This document shows positions 7,501 to 18,156 of a stretch of 64,000 nt of DNA, in pieces; position 1 is the first letter of the stretch, and each line of letters starts with the position of its first letter. The notes below the pieces were generated by a model. It was not told the origin of the DNA. It saw only the letters and a program-made list of their open reading frames with translations, and did no database searches. A program made the position numbers and the translations under genes. Where the stretch lies: contig CAYTWT010000009.1 in assembly GCA_964442185.1 (NCBI GenBank), positions 186 through 64,185 of the forward strand, given 5' to 3'. This DNA is from an uncultured Acidobacteriota bacterium (lineage in GTDB: Bacteria > Acidobacteriota > Vicinamibacteria > Fen-336).

Positions 7501-10500
7501 GCTGAGCCAGCCCGTGGCGCCGCGACGTGTCGAGCTGGGAAAAGAGGACCGCCACTTCCTCCGTCTGGTCGCCCAGAGCACGTGGCGCTACTTCGAGACG
7601 TTCATGGGTGCGGAGGAACACGCTCTGCCCCCGGACAACTTCCAGGAAACACCCGAGCCCAGGGTGGCCCATCGGACCTCGCCCACGAACATCGGCATGG
7701 GCCTGCTCGCGACCCTGGCCGCCCACGATTTCGGCTTCATCTCTACGGATCAGCTCGCCTCGAAGATCGACGCCACCCTCACCACGATGGAAGGCCTCGA
7801 ACGCTTCGAAGGTCACCTGCTCAACTGGTACGACACGCAAAGCCTGGCCCCGCTCCCGCCGGCCTACGTGTCCACGGTCGACAGCGGCAACCTGGCGGGC
7901 GCGCTCATCACCCTGGCGGAAGGGCTGCGTCAGGCGGGCCTTGCAGAGCTGGCGCGCCGCGCTGCCGCCTTCGCCGACGCGATGAGCTTCCGGTTCCTCT
8001 ACGACCCGCAGCGCCGGATCCTCTCCATCGGCTATCGTCTCGCCGACGCCGAGGGGCCGGGACGCCTGGATCTTTCCTACTACGACCTGTTGGCCTCGGA
8101 AGCGCGGCTGGCGAGCTTCATCGGCATCGCCAAGGGCGACCTCCCCGAGACGCACTGGTTCCACCTGGGACGGCTCGTCACCAGCGTGGACGGGACGCCC
8201 ACCCTGCTGTCGTGGAGCGCCACCCTGTTCGAATACCTGACGCCGCTGCTCTTCATGAAGAGCTATCCGGGAACGCTCCTCGACCAGACGTGCCGGATGG
8301 CCGTGCGCCGGCAAATCGAGTACGCGACGGATCGCTCCGTGCCCTGGGGGATCTCGGAGTCCGCCTACAACCTCGTGGACCGGCACGGCAATTATCAGTA
8401 CAAGGCCTTCGGCGTCCCCGGCCTCGGCCTGAAGCGGGGCCTGGGCGACGAGCTGGTCGTCGCTCCCTACGCCACCGCCCTCGCCGCCATGCTCGACCCG
8501 ACGCAGGCCGCCCGGAACCTGCGCCGCCTGGCCGCGGAAGGGCTCGAGGGTGCGTACGGCTACTACGAGTCCATCGACTATACGCACGGGAGGAGCGACG
8601 AGCTTCCGAGTGCTGCGAGACGAGCGGGCCTCCCCCCGGGAACGGTGGTGCGGGCGTTCATGGCCCACCACCAGGGGATGACTCTCGTCGCCCTTGCCAA
8701 CGCCCTGCTCGGCGACCCGATGGTGAAGCGCTTCCATGCCGACCCGCGCGTGCAGGCCACGGAGCTGCTATTGCAGGAGCGGGTGCCCCGCCAAGCGCCC
8801 ATCGCCCAACCGCGGCCGGTCGAGGCGACGCGCCTGGCAGGCCCGGTGGCTGCGTTGGCGATTCGCCGCTTCCGGTCGCCGCACACGCAGTTCCCCCATG
8901 CGCAATTCCTCTCCAACGGCAACTACACCGCCGTGGTGACGAACGCAGGCGGGGGCGCCAGCTTCTGTCGGGGCCACGCGGTCACGAGGCACCGAGAGGA
9001 TCCGACCCGTGACCCGGGCAGCCAGTTCCTCTACCTGCGCGACGTGCGCAGCGGCTCCGTGTGGTCCGCCGCCTTTCAGCCCACGCTGAAGGAGCCGGAG
9101 GACTACATGGTCACGTTCCTCCCGGAGAAGGCGACCTTCCACTGCCGCGACGACGACGTCGTCAGCCAACTCGACATCGCGGTCTCGACCGAAGACGATG
9201 TCGAAGTACGCCGGCTGGCTGTGACCAACCACAGCGATCGTCCGCGCGAGATCGAGGTCACGAGCTACGCCGAGATCGTCCTCGCCCCGCCGGCCGACGA
9301 CCTCGCCCACCCGGCCTTCGGCAAGCTGTTCGTCGAGACGGAGTACCTTCCCGAGAGCGCCGCCTTGCTCTGCCATCGGCGGCCGCGTGGGTCCGACGAG
9401 CCTGGGGTGTGGGCGGTTCACGTCCTGAGCCTGGAAGGCCGGACGCAGGGGCCGGTGGAATGGGAGACCGACCGCGCGCGCTTCCTGGGCCGCGGCCGCG
9501 GGCCCGAGAACCCGCAGGCCCTCGACGGACGCTCCCTCTCCGGCACGACCGGGTTCGTGCTCGACCCCGTCGTCAGCCTCCGGCAACGCATTCGCTTGGC
9601 GCCGGGCGGCTTCATGAGACTGTCCTTCGCCACGGGGATGGCGTCTTCCCTGGAAACGGCCAGGGCCCTCGCTCAGCGGTATCACGAGCCGAGCGCCGCG
9701 GCGCGAACCTTCGCCCTCGCCTTCGCGCATGCCCAGAGCGGCCTCCGCCACCTCGGCGTCTCGAGCGAACAAGCCCTGCTCTTCGAACGCCTGGCCTCAC
9801 GGGTGCTGTCTGCGGACGGATCGCTCCGCGCCAGCCCGGAGCTGCTGGCGAAGAGCACCCTCGGCCAGGAAGGTCTCTGGCCGCATGGCATCTCGGGCGA
9901 CCTCCCCATCCTGCTGGTGCGAGTCGTCGAGGAGGACGACCTGCCACTGGTGCGCCAGGTCCTGCAGGCGCAGGAGTATTGGCGGCTCAAGGGCCTGAGC
10001 GCGGACGTCGTGATCCTCAACGAGCACCCCGTGAGCTATCTCGACGAGATGCACGCGGCGCTCACGGCCCTCCTCGACAATGGACCCTGGCGAGCGTGGA
10101 AGCACCGGCCCGGTGGGGCGTATCTGCTGCGCGGGGACCGCATGCCGGAAACCGAGCGTACCCTCCTCACCGGCGTCGCCCGCGCGGTTCTGAGCGGAGA
10201 GCGGGGCGAACTGGCCAACCAGCTCGACCGGCCCGATCCCGAGTGGCCGGAACCGGAGGAACTAGCACCCTCCGCGGAGCCGAGTCTCGCCGCCCCGGCG
10301 CCGGCGGAGGTGGCAGTGCCTCCGCTCGCCCTGGCCAACGGAATGGGCGGCTTCGCCGACGACGGACGCGACTACGTGATCGTCCTCGAAGCGGACCAGG
10401 AGACGCCCCTGCCCTGGGCCAACGTCATCGCCAACCCGGCTTTCGGAACGGTGGTCACCGCCTCGGGATCGGCCTACACGTGGTCGGAGAACAGCCGCGA

Positions 10501-12784
10501 GAACCGCCTCACGCCCTTCGCGAACGACCCCGTGACCGACCCCACGGGCGAGGCGCTGTTCGTCCGCGACGATGAGACCGGCGAGACATGGTCACCCACG
10601 CCGGGTCCGATGCCCCGCACTGGTACGGACGGTCGCTTCGTGATCCGGCACTCCGCCGGGCTCACTCATTTCGCTCGCGTAGCACACGGCCTGCGGCACG
10701 AGCTGGACGTATTCGTAGACGCGATGCAGCCGGTGAAGTTCTCCCTGCTCAGGCTCACGAACGAGAGCGCAAGGGCGCGTCGTCTGAGTGTCGTCGCCTA
10801 CAACGAGTGGGTGCTGGGGCCACCGCGGGCCGGCCAGAACAGGCACGTGGTGACCGAGCTCGACGGCGAAATCGGGGCAGTGCTGGCCCGCAACCCATAC
10901 AACACGGAGTTCGCGGGGCGCGTGGCCTTCGCCCACGCGAGCGAACCGCTCAGCTCGGCGACCGGAGATCGCCACTCGTTCGTCGGACGCAACGGCTCTT
11001 TGGCGCAGCCGCTCGCTCTGCGCCGTCGAGCGCTGTCGGGGCGCTTCGGCGCCGGGCTCGATCCCTGCGCTGCCTTGCACGTCCGCGTTCTGCTGGCCCC
11101 CGGGGAAAAGCGCGAGCTGGTGTTTCTGATTGGGCAAGGGCGGGATCTCGACCAGGCCCGCGAGCTCGTGGGCCGGCATGGTCAGGTGGATGCCGCAAGA
11201 CGCGCACTCGAAGAAGTGAGGCACAGCTGGGACCGCATCCTCGAGACTATCCAGGTCCGAACGCCAGACGACTCGCTCGACCTGCTGATGAACCGCTGGC
11301 TGCTCTACCAGGACGTGAGTTGCCGGCTGTGGGCCCGCTCCGGCTACTACCAGCCGGGCGGCGCGTTCGGGTTCCGCGACCAGCTTCAGGACGTGATGGC
11401 CCTTTCGCTGGCCCGGCCGGACCTCTTCAGAGAACACCTGTTGCGAGCCGCGAGCCGGCAGTTCCTCGAAGGCGACGTCCAGCACTGGTGGCACGAGCCG
11501 AGCGGCCGCGGCACCCGCACCCGCTGCTCCGACGACCTGCTGTGGCTTCCTTACGCGGTCGCGCACTACGTCCGGACCACCGGCGACGCAGGCGTACTCG
11601 ATGAGCCGGCGCCGTACCTCGAGGCCCCGCTGCTCGCCCCGGAAGCACACGACACCTACGTTCAGCCCCGCGTCTCGGCCGAAAGGGCCTCGCTCTTCGA
11701 GCACTGCCTGCGCGCCATCGACAAGGGACTGACCGCGGGCGCCCACGGCCTTCCCCTGATGGGGAGCGGGGACTGGAACGACGGCATGAACCGCGTGGGA
11801 CGGGAAGGGCGTGGGGAGAGCACGTGGCTGGGCTTCTTCCTCCACGGCGTGCTGCTCGAGTTCGCTTCGCTTTGCGAGGCCCGGGGAGACCAGGCCCGGG
11901 CCGAACGCTACGGCGGCGAGGCCAGGCGCCTCGCGAGCATGCTCGAGCAGACCTGGGACGGCGAGTGGTACCGGCGTGGCTACTACGACGACGGCTCAGC
12001 TCTGGGCTCGGCCCAGAACGACGAGTGCAGGATCGACGCGATCGCACAATCCTGGGCGGCGCTCTCGGGCGCGGTCCCGGTGCGGTTCGCAGAACGGGCC
12101 ATGGACGCGGTCCGCACGCACCTGGTGCGGCGTGGGTCGCAGGTCGTGCTGCTGCTCACCCCGCCCTTCGACCGATCGTCGCAGGATCCGGGGTACATCA
12201 AGGGCTATCCGCCCGGCGTGCGTGAGAACGGCGGCCAGTACACCCACGGGGCTTTCTGGGTCGTCATGGCCATGGCACGGCTAGGCAGTGGTGACGAGGC
12301 TGTGGAGCTGTTCCATCTGCTCAATCCCGTCAACCATACGAGAACCGCGGCGGACGTCGAGCGCTACAAGGCCGAGCCGTACGTCGTCGCCGGAGACGTC
12401 TACGTGCACCCGGCACACGCCGGGCGTGGGGGCTGGACCTGGTACACCGGCTCGGCGGGCTGGATGTACCGCGCGGGCCTGGAGAGCATCCTCGGGCTCC
12501 GGCGCCGGGGCTCGAGCTTCGAGATGGACCCCTGCATCCCGTCCTCCTGGCCCGACTACGAGATCGTCTGGCGCTTCGGCCGAACCCGCTACGAGATCGC
12601 GGTCTCGAACCCGAAGCGACGCTGCCGAGGCATCGCGGAGGCCAACCTGGACGGCGCGCCAGTCGACCCGGGCGCCATTCCTATCCTGGATGACGGCGGC
12701 ACGCACCAGGTACGGCTGGTACTCGGAGATCGGAAGCGGCGGGTCCCGCCCGTTGCCAAGCTGGGGACGATCGCTCCCGCTTGA
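4556..12784 (+). CDS. cgs: cyclic beta-1,2-glucan synthase (Cgs/ChvB/NdvB family), 2742 aa
   Basis: RBS AAGGAGGA then TTG start. Size and architecture fit the family: N-terminal membrane region, GT84-like domain with a DSD motif ([17 protein letters not shown]), multiple TM helices, and a C-terminal GH94 phosphorylase-like domain ([12 protein letters not shown]..., QYTHGAFW). Confidence 0.85.
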   Translation: MKAFFGLFGSRPPPVAEKPLRDELLSIERLEERARALAARFTLDPNPRRASRNVLPRFDDNARVLREAYVTMADDVHRGEFVTPAAEWILDNFHLVAAEVLGVRRNLPPGYYRELPKLALRELAGDARVYAMAVELIRHSDSRLDRQQLVRFMNSFQAVAPLTIGELWAWPSMLKLALIENLRRLAEETLEAREAVRAADAYVAEIDAADHGRPPPLPRHLHTGYVVQLLQRLREYGPRLSRLRAAVEAHLSAQQMTSEDAIRSEHQRQAAAQVSVANIITSLRLVAALDWSQYFEAVSLIERVLQRDPAGAYASMDFLSRDRYRQAVEELSEPTGEAQLRVALRAVESARQGAESGHSADRAAHVGHHLIGKGRPDLETDVAYRPRLERRARRFLFAHATAVYLGLIGLVTALILSLGVSYLHGQGASVWVSAGAALLLLLPGSEVAIAFVQRLVVRWAPPRRLPRLEFPAEIPEDARTMVVVPTLLTSVPAVTALVEHIEVLALGNLDRRIHFAILSDFVDAPACEMPEDEAILEAARAGIEALNARFGEGRADRFYLFHRVRQWNPSESVWMGWERKRGKLEEWNAVLRGATDTSFSLQVGDVGILPSVRYCLTLDSDTRLPRDAAKKLLGIIVHPLNRPRFDARLGRVTEGYGILQPRVSVTMASAAGSLFARLYAGHTGVDPYTTAVSDTYQDLFQEGIFTGKGLYDVDAFMAALEGRVPENALLSHDLFEGVYARAGLVTDVEVVDDYPSSVLVHARRQHRWVRGDWQILRWLFPWVPSRSGLTRNRLPLIARWKILDNLRRSLVAPATVALLLLAWALLPGSPAVWTAAILAALAFPLYPLLLETSAGPRPQQPWHVFLRAAWEDWKTALAQVSLQLTFLASQAYERAHAIALTLVRLTATQRRLLDWETAAASAARGSGLAKRIGARLFLVEMIASPVIALGSLLLVALARPGALLVALPILALWAAAPLIAYALSQPVAPRRVELGKEDRHFLRLVAQSTWRYFETFMGAEEHALPPDNFQETPEPRVAHRTSPTNIGMGLLATLAAHDFGFISTDQLASKIDATLTTMEGLERFEGHLLNWYDTQSLAPLPPAYVSTVDSGNLAGALITLAEGLRQAGLAELARRAAAFADAMSFRFLYDPQRRILSIGYRLADAEGPGRLDLSYYDLLASEARLASFIGIAKGDLPETHWFHLGRLVTSVDGTPTLLSWSATLFEYLTPLLFMKSYPGTLLDQTCRMAVRRQIEYATDRSVPWGISESAYNLVDRHGNYQYKAFGVPGLGLKRGLGDELVVAPYATALAAMLDPTQAARNLRRLAAEGLEGAYGYYESIDYTHGRSDELPSAARRAGLPPGTVVRAFMAHHQGMTLVALANALLGDPMVKRFHADPRVQATELLLQERVPRQAPIAQPRPVEATRLAGPVAALAIRRFRSPHTQFPHAQFLSNGNYTAVVTNAGGGASFCRGHAVTRHREDPTRDPGSQFLYLRDVRSGSVWSAAFQPTLKEPEDYMVTFLPEKATFHCRDDDVVSQLDIAVSTEDDVEVRRLAVTNHSDRPREIEVTSYAEIVLAPPADDLAHPAFGKLFVETEYLPESAALLCHRRPRGSDEPGVWAVHVLSLEGRTQGPVEWETDRARFLGRGRGPENPQALDGRSLSGTTGFVLDPVVSLRQRIRLAPGGFMRLSFATGMASSLETARALAQRYHEPSAAARTFALAFAHAQSGLRHLGVSSEQALLFERLASRVLSADGSLRASPELLAKSTLGQEGLWPHGISGDLPILLVRVVEEDDLPLVRQVLQAQEYWRLKGLSADVVILNEHPVSYLDEMHAALTALLDNGPWRAWKHRPGGAYLLRGDRMPETERTLLTGVARAVLSGERGELANQLDRPDPEWPEPEELAPSAEPSLAAPAPAEVAVPPLALANGMGGFADDGRDYVIVLEADQETPLPWANVIANPAFGTVVTASGSAYTWSENSRENRLTPFANDPVTDPTGEALFVRDDETGETWSPTPGPMPRTGTDGRFVIRHSAGLTHFARVAHGLRHELDVFVDAMQPVKFSLLRLTNESARARRLSVVAYNEWVLGPPRAGQNRHVVTELDGEIGAVLARNPYNTEFAGRVAFAHASEPLSSATGDRHSFVGRNGSLAQPLALRRRALSGRFGAGLDPCAALHVRVLLAPGEKRELVFLIGQGRDLDQARELVGRHGQVDAARRALEEVRHSWDRILETIQVRTPDDSLDLLMNRWLLYQDVSCRLWARSGYYQPGGAFGFRDQLQDVMALSLARPDLFREHLLRAASRQFLEGDVQHWWHEPSGRGTRTRCSDDLLWLPYAVAHYVRTTGDAGVLDEPAPYLEAPLLAPEAHDTYVQPRVSAERASLFEHCLRAIDKGLTAGAHGLPLMGSGDWNDGMNRVGREGRGESTWLGFFLHGVLLEFASLCEARGDQARAERYGGEARRLASMLEQTWDGEWYRRGYYDDGSALGSAQNDECRIDAIAQSWAALSGAVPVRFAERAMDAVRTHLVRRGSQVVLLLTPPFDRSSQDPGYIKGYPPGVRENGGQYTHGAFWVVMAMARLGSGDEAVELFHLLNPVNHTRTAADVERYKAEPYVVAGDVYVHPAHAGRGGWTWYTGSAGWMYRAGLESILGLRRRGSSFEMDPCIPSSWPDYEIVWRFGRTRYEIAVSNPKRRCRGIAEANLDGAPVDPGAIPILDDGGTHQVRLVLGDRKRRVPPVAKLGTIAPA

Positions 12785-12828
12785 GTCCAGGGCCTGCCAC
12801 TGAATCGGGCTCGAGTCTAGCCCCAGCT

Positions 12829-13734
12829 TCAGGCCAGGACGCCGCGCACGGCGAGTTGCCCGCACGCCCCCGCGATCTCGGCGCCCCGTGGCCAGCGGAC
12901 GATCGATTTCACCTCCAGCGCCCTCAGCTGTTGCTGGAAGCGCAGCGTGGCGGCGCGCGAGGGCGCCACGTAGGGGCTTTCCGAAAACGGGTTGTGCGGA
13001 ATCAGGTTCAGCTGCGCGTTCAGGCCGCCTAGCCACTCACCCAGGCGCCGCGCGTCATCCCGCGTGTCGTTGACGCCGGCCAGCAGCACGTACTCGAAAA
13101 AGCATCGGCGCTTCGGATGCTGCACGCTGTCCTCCCGCAACAGGCCAAGCAGCGCCGCGATCGGCCACTGCCGGTTGTGCGGCATCAGCCGCGTGCGCAA
13201 GCGATCGGTCGTGGCGTTCAGGGAGAGCGCGAGGTTCGCCTCACTCTCCGCGAGAAAGCGCCTCATGCCCGGCAGCACGCCCGCAGTCGAGACCGTGACG
13301 TGGCGGGGCGAGAGTCCGGGGAAGACGTCGGTGAGGGCGCGGACGGCGGCAAGGACCTCGCCCAGATTGTCGAGCGGCTCCCCCATGCCCATGAAGACGA
13401 CGTTGCGCGGCGGGCACGGGGGAGTCGCTGCGGCGGCGGCGAGGTACTGCGCCACGATTTCGCCAGCGCGCAGGTTGCGGCCGAATCCGAGACGCGCGGT
13501 GGCGCAGAAGTCGCAGCGCCGTGTGCAACCGGACTGGGAGGAGACACAGACGGTGCTGCGGCCACGCGCCGGAATCAGGACGGTTTCGACCGTGGCATCC
13601 CCGAACTCGAGCGCGAGCTTGAGCGTGCCGTCTACGCTCAGCACGCGCGAAACCTCCCGCCAGGCAGGGAAAAACGCGCTCGCCCGCAGAACAGCCCAGG
13701 CTCCGTGCGCAACTCCCGCGATCTGCGCGGGCAA
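12829..13734 (-). CDS. rlmN: radical SAM 23S rRNA/tRNA adenine-C2 methyltransferase RlmN (short N-terminus)
   Basis: CTRRCDFC radical-SAM motif, MGMGEPLDN, SLNATTDRLR and C-terminal GACGQL all match RlmN/Cfr. The only in-frame start is TTG; the N-terminal domain is ~50 aa shorter than typical. Confidence 0.75.
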   Translation of the reverse strand: MPAQIAGVAHGAWAVLRASAFFPAWREVSRVLSVDGTLKLALEFGDATVETVLIPARGRSTVCVSSQSGCTRRCDFCATARLGFGRNLRAGEIVAQYLAAAAATPPCPPRNVVFMGMGEPLDNLGEVLAAVRALTDVFPGLSPRHVTVSTAGVLPGMRRFLAESEANLALSLNATTDRLRTRLMPHNRQWPIAALLGLLREDSVQHPKRRCFFEYVLLAGVNDTRDDARRLGEWLGGLNAQLNLIPHNPFSESPYVAPSRAATLRFQQQLRALEVKSIVRWPRGAEIAGACGQLAVRGVLA

Positions 13735-13843
13735 GACACTCGGGCGCTCCTCGATCAGGAAGCGACGCAGGGCGACGGCCCGCGTGCGGCTCTCGAGTCG
13801 AGCTTCGAGGTCGCCGACCGTCGCGGCCAGCAGATCGAGCGTT

Positions 13844-14410
13844 CTACTTCACCTCGTCGTAGACGAGGTTGAGCTGGAGCGGCTCCTTGAGGTTCTGGTT
13901 TTCGAACAGGATCCCGTAAACGATCTGGCGGCGCGACGGCACCAGCGTGAGGACATCGATGATGCGGGTCTTGTCCTCGCCCAGCTCCTCGACGATGAGC
14001 CGCCCGGTCTCGAAGCGGCTCTTGCACTGCAGCTTGCGGCCGCGGCGGTCGTGGCGAACGTGGTCTCGGCCAAAATAGAAGATGCGCACGTTGTCCTCGC
14101 CGTGGATGATCGTGACCTGCTTCGGCGTCTGCTCGATCTTCAGGTGCTGAAGCGAGTTCACGCGATCGAGCAGGAACTCTCGGAGCCGCACGCGCTCGAC
14201 CTCGCTCGCATCCGTCGAGCGGGGCACCAGCCTCTGGACTTCCCCCTGGCCGCCGCCCTTGAGCTGAGCGGAGCCCGCCGCAGCCTCGATCTTGGCAACC
14301 GCATCGTCGCTCAGCTTGGGGTTGAGCGTGAAGCTGCCCGAGAAGTCCGGCGTGTCCTGGCCAAGGGCGGGTAGAGCCGCGAGCGCGGCAACGGCGAGAG
14401 CTAGGCGCAT
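13844..14410 (-). CDS. secreted hypothetical protein
   Basis: N-terminal signal peptide MRLALAVAALAALPALGQD; no recognisable catalytic motifs. Confidence 0.5.
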   Translation of the reverse strand: MRLALAVAALAALPALGQDTPDFSGSFTLNPKLSDDAVAKIEAAAGSAQLKGGGQGEVQRLVPRSTDASEVERVRLREFLLDRVNSLQHLKIEQTPKQVTIIHGEDNVRIFYFGRDHVRHDRRGRKLQCKSRFETGRLIVEELGEDKTRIIDVLTLVPSRRQIVYGILFENQNLKEPLQLNLVYDEVK

Positions 14411-14438
14411 GCCCCTAGTTTAGTATGCCTGGGCCATC

Positions 14439-14720
14439 CTAGCCGCCGCCCCCGACCTTCCGCGAGGCCGTGACCTTCTGGAAGCCACGCGTGTTCTGCA
14501 AGCCGCCCTTCCACGGCTGACGGGTGCTGTGACGGGGCGTGGCAGGCGTCGGCTTCGCCGCTTCCCCGGGGGCTTCGGCAGGGGCCGCGGCGGGCGCGTC
14601 CGCTAGCACCTTCGCACGCACCTCGCGCGCCTTCGCCTCGTCCGGCCCCAGGTGACAGGCCTTGTACTTCTTCCCCGAGCCGCAGTGGCAGGGGTCGTTT
14701 CGTCCCAGCGTGGATGGCAT
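14439..14720 (-). CDS. SEC-C motif (YchJ-like) metal-binding small protein
   Basis: NDPCHCGSGKKYKACH is the SEC-C zinc-binding motif. Pro/Ala-rich low-complexity tail. Confidence 0.65.
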   Translation of the reverse strand: MPSTLGRNDPCHCGSGKKYKACHLGPDEAKAREVRAKVLADAPAAAPAEAPGEAAKPTPATPRHSTRQPWKGGLQNTRGFQKVTASRKVGGGG

Positions 14721-14799
14721 GCGATCTGACTCTACTACGACTCCGGGCGCCTTGCGCGCCGGCGCAGTGGCAGCGCGACTCCATGAGCGGGGGACACTA

Positions 14800-15720
14800 C
14801 TAGAAGACGCTGAGCTTCAGATAGCGCTTGGGCTCTTTGCGGATGTCCTCGGTGAGCCGCTTCATCTCCAGGATCGTCTGGTTCAGGTTCACGACAGCCT
14901 CGTTGGCACTCACGTATAGCATCTCGTCCTTCGAGAGCCGGCCCAGAGTACCTTCACCCTTCTCGAGGCGAGCGAGGATCGCCTCGGTGGATTTCGCCGA
15001 CCGCTCGAAGGAGTCCGCCAGCGTGTCGAGTTTCTGGGTGATGCTATCGAGGCGCTTCGTCGCGCGCTCGAGCTCCGGGCCCGCCGTTGCCTTCTCGACG
15101 CTACCCGCCGTCTTGCGCAGGCTGGAGACGAGGGCGGACAGCTCCGTCTTCTGGTCCTTGGCCAGCGAGCCGAGATCCTTCAGCAGTGCGTTCATTTCGC
15201 TGCTGCTCGACTCCACGTTCGAGATCGTCTTGTCCGAGAGCAGCGTCTGCATGCGCGTCAGCACCTTGTGCGACTCGCCGGCGAGCTTGCTCGCCTCCTC
15301 GAAGGCCCCCCCACCCATGCCGCCGGGCAAGCTGGCGCCGCCGCGCACGAAGCCGGGGGCGGCGCCCGGGACCACGTCCGCCACCATCCCGCCCAGCAGC
15401 CCGGTCGACTTGAGCTCGACGCGGGAATCGGCCGGGATCGGGTACTCGCCCTCGATCTCGAGGCGGATCGCGACGCCCTCGTTCGCGATCCGGAATCCCT
15501 GGATCCGCCCGATGTTGACGCCGCGCATCTGGACCGGGTCGCCTTTGCGAATGCCGCCGGCGTTCGGGACCACGGTGGTGACGATGTAGCGGCCACGGAA
15601 CAAGGCCGCGTCGGTCAGCGTGAAGAGCGCGGTCAGCACCGCGCCGATGCCGACGATCACGAAGATGCCGACTCGAATCTCGCGGCTCATTCCGCGCGAC
15701 GGCGGAAGCACTTGGCTCAC
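14800..15720 (-). CDS. mlaD: MCE-domain protein MlaD
   Basis: N-terminal TM helix followed by an MCE domain (YIVTTVVPNAGGIRKGDPVQMRGVNIGRIQG). GTGA overlap with mlaF. Confidence 0.75.
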   Translation of the reverse strand: MSQVLPPSRGMSREIRVGIFVIVGIGAVLTALFTLTDAALFRGRYIVTTVVPNAGGIRKGDPVQMRGVNIGRIQGFRIANEGVAIRLEIEGEYPIPADSRVELKSTGLLGGMVADVVPGAAPGFVRGGASLPGGMGGGAFEEASKLAGESHKVLTRMQTLLSDKTISNVESSSSEMNALLKDLGSLAKDQKTELSALVSSLRKTAGSVEKATAGPELERATKRLDSITQKLDTLADSFERSAKSTEAILARLEKGEGTLGRLSKDEMLYVSANEAVVNLNQTILEMKRLTEDIRKEPKRYLKLSVF

Positions 15721-16487
15721 GGCTCCTCCATGATCGCGAGAGCGGCGGCGGCGGCGGCCTGCCGATCCGCGAAAGCGCGCACCAGCGGATCCTGGCTGGC
15801 ACGAAACTCCTCCGGCTTGCCGACGAAACGCAACCGCCCGTGGTCGAGCAGGGCGACCCGGTCGGAGATGATGAGCGCGCCCTCGATGTCGTGGGTCACC
15901 ACGATCGACGTCACGCCGCGATGCTCCGCGATTTCGGTGATCAGGTGGTCGACCGTCGCCGTGTTCACCGGATCGAGCCCCGTCACGGGCTCATCGTAGA
16001 GCAGGATCTGCGGCTCGCCGACGATCGCCCGCGCCAGGCCGACGCGCTTCCTCATCCCGCCCGAGAGTTCGGCCGGCAGCTTGTTCAGGATCTGCGCGGG
16101 ATCGAGGTTCACCTCCTCGAGGGCCCGGCTCACCCGCGCCAGGACCTGCTGAGGCCCCAACTCGCGGGCATCGCCCTCGCGCAGCCCCATCGACACGTTC
16201 TCGAGCACGCTCATCGAATCGAAGAGCGCCGCGTACTGGAAGACGTAGCCGACCTTCCTGCGGATCTCTTGCAGCCGGTTGCGGCCGGAACCATACACGG
16301 ACTCTCCGTCGATCCGCACGTCGCCCTGGTCGGGAACGATCAGGCCAATCGTCGTCTTGAGCAGCACGCTCTTGCCCGTCCCCGAGGGACCGACGATCGC
16401 GAGCGTCTCGCCGCTCTCGACGCTGAGATCGACGCCCGCCAAGACGGGCACGTCGAAGGCCTTGTGGACGTCGATGAACTCGATCAT
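15717..16487 (-). CDS. mlaF: ABC transporter ATP-binding protein MlaF
   Basis: MIEFIDVHKAF...GPSGTGKSV (Walker A), LSGGMRKRVGLARAI (signature), LLYDEP (Walker B). ATG at 16487 is in frame with track ORF 15717..17537; the upstream part of that ORF is an artefact. Confidence 0.8.
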   Translation of the reverse strand: MIEFIDVHKAFDVPVLAGVDLSVESGETLAIVGPSGTGKSVLLKTTIGLIVPDQGDVRIDGESVYGSGRNRLQEIRRKVGYVFQYAALFDSMSVLENVSMGLREGDARELGPQQVLARVSRALEEVNLDPAQILNKLPAELSGGMRKRVGLARAIVGEPQILLYDEPVTGLDPVNTATVDHLITEIAEHRGVTSIVVTHDIEGALIISDRVALLDHGRLRFVGKPEEFRASQDPLVRAFADRQAAAAAALAIMEEP

Positions 16488-17260
16488 CAGTTGAGGAAGA
16501 GCGGCGGGAAGAGCGCGTCCAGCACCAGCACCGTGATGATCATGACGACGACCGAGGTGGTCGTGGCGCGGCCGACACCTTCGGCGCCGCCCCGCGTCAG
16601 GAAGCCCATCTGCGTCGAGACGAGCGGGATCACGAAACCGAAGACGGTCGCCTTCATGAGCGAATAGAACAGGTCCCAGTTGTGCCAGAAGAGCCGGGCG
16701 CCGTAGAGGAAGGACTCGCTGCCCAGGCCCACGGCCATCCGCGCCGAGACGACGCCGGCGAACAGACCGACCGTGTTGGCGATGCCCACGAGCAACGGCA
16801 TGGTGAGGGTGCCGGCGATCAGCCGGGGGGCGGCGAGGACGCTCACCGGATCGCGGCCGAGCGAGAGCAGCGCGTCGATCTGCTCCGAGACTTGCATGGT
16901 CCCGATCTCCGCCGTGATCCTGGCGCCCACCCGGCCGATGATCACGAAGGCCGTCATCACGGGTCCGAGCTCGAGAATGACGCTCGTCGCCACGACGCTG
17001 CCGAGGACGTAGAGGGGGATGGAACTCGTGAACTGGTAGCCGCCCTGCTGCGACGTGACGATGCCCGAGAGAACGGCCGTGACCATGACGAGGGGCAGGC
17101 TTCCGACCCCCATCTCCAGGGCCTGATCGAGGACGTCGCGCAACGCGACCCGGCCCGTGAGTGTCGCCCGCGCCGCACGCCACGCCAGGATCCCGAGGCT
17201 GCCGGCGAAGCGGGCGCTGCCTTCGGCGGCCCAGCCGAGCGCGGCCAGCGCCCGCTGCAA
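16487..17260 (-). CDS. mlaE: ABC permease MlaE
   Basis: Conserved MlaE core (GVGSLPLVMVTAVLSGIVTSQQG...). Only a TTG start at 17260 is in frame. TGATG overlap with mlaF. Confidence 0.7.
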   Translation of the reverse strand: MQRALAALGWAAEGSARFAGSLGILAWRAARATLTGRVALRDVLDQALEMGVGSLPLVMVTAVLSGIVTSQQGGYQFTSSIPLYVLGSVVATSVILELGPVMTAFVIIGRVGARITAEIGTMQVSEQIDALLSLGRDPVSVLAAPRLIAGTLTMPLLVGIANTVGLFAGVVSARMAVGLGSESFLYGARLFWHNWDLFYSLMKATVFGFVIPLVSTQMGFLTRGGAEGVGRATTTSVVVMIITVLVLDALFPPLFLN

Positions 17261-17268
17261 GGGCCGCG

Positions 17269-18063
17269 TCAGCGGCCTGCCCCGGCGAGCTCGGGTACGA
17301 ATGACATGTCGAGAACGTCCACCAGCCCATGCACCGGCGGGTTCCAGCGCAGGTGGCTCGACACGACATAGAGGTCGTCGGCGACGAAAAGCGGCAGCGC
17401 GGGCAGTTCCTGGCTGGCGAGACGCAGGGCGCGCTGGAGCATCTCGAGGCGCCGGCGCGGGTCGGAGACCTTGAGGTTCTCGTCGGTGATCGCGTCGATC
17501 TCGGGGTTGCTGAAAGCACCGTAGTTGCCGGCGCCATAGCCGGCCTTGGGATCCGGCGTGTGCAACCCGAAAGTGAGCAGCTCGCTCGTGTCGGCGCTGC
17601 CGCAGGCGTAGCCCTGGATGGCCGCGGCGAAACGGCCGGTCTCGAGGGCCTCCTGAAGCGCCTCGGGATCGAGGATCTCGAGCGAAGTCCTGATCCCGGC
17701 GCGCGACCACTGACGGACGAGCGCGTCTTCGAGGCTATGCAGGCGCGTCTTCAGCGCGAGCAGCGGGATCGCGAGGCCCGGGTGGCCGGCCTCGGCGAGC
17801 AGGCGGCGGGCGGCTGCCGGGTCATGGACGGACGGCTCGATGCCCGGGTCGAAACCGAAGACCTGCGGCACGACGAGTTGCGAGGCCGCGTGGCCACCAC
17901 CCCCAATCCCCTCCCGCACCACTTCCGCGGGGTCCGTGGCGAGCAAGATCCGCAGCGTCCGCGTTCCGCCGGCCGGCGCCGCGGCCACAGGCTCGGCCGG
18001 CAGCCGGCAGCCGCAGAGCAGCACCGCGGTCAGGAACAAGGCTCTAGCACCGGCCGTCATCAA
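17269..18063 (-). CDS. lipoprotein resembling the C-terminal half of a family-5 (peptide/nickel) ABC substrate-binding protein
   Basis: Signal peptide with lipobox LLCGC. The rest (EILDPEALQEALETGRFAAAIQGY, FSNPEIDA, ELPALPLF) aligns with the second lobe of SBP_bac_5 proteins. Only 264 aa. Confidence 0.5.
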   Translation of the reverse strand: MMTAGARALFLTAVLLCGCRLPAEPVAAAPAGGTRTLRILLATDPAEVVREGIGGGGHAASQLVVPQVFGFDPGIEPSVHDPAAARRLLAEAGHPGLAIPLLALKTRLHSLEDALVRQWSRAGIRTSLEILDPEALQEALETGRFAAAIQGYACGSADTSELLTFGLHTPDPKAGYGAGNYGAFSNPEIDAITDENLKVSDPRRRLEMLQRALRLASQELPALPLFVADDLYVVSSHLRWNPPVHGLVDVLDMSFVPELAGAGR

Positions 18064-18101
18064 TCCGGACAGGCTATGCTGCGAGAGCAGCCCGGGTCAA
18101 C

Positions 18102-18110
18102 TGCTATAAT
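18102..18110 (+). promoter_or_regulatory. extended -10 promoter element TGcTATAAT upstream of the Ser/Thr kinase gene
   Basis: Perfect TATAAT with an upstream TG, 47 nt before the kinase ATG, in a 93-bp divergent intergenic region. Confidence 0.35.
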
Positions 18111-18156
18111 TCGATTCTGCGCCGGTCCTGCATCCCTTCTGGGCTGCGCCTGAACC

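Noticed and set aside
5840-12047. Numerous long minus-strand and alternate-frame ORFs inside the cgs gene (e.g. 5840-7243, 7361-8737, 8768-9772, 10592-11845, 7138-9012)
   Set aside because: They overlap a strongly supported 2742-aa gene in a roughly 70% GC region where stop codons are rare in all frames. Their Arg/Pro/Gly-rich translations have no motifs.
15717-17710. 606-aa and 407-aa minus-strand ORFs as giant Mla proteins
   Set aside because: Conserved MlaF and MlaE cores occupy only the 3' ~257 codons of each. Upstream extensions overlap neighbouring genes in other frames.
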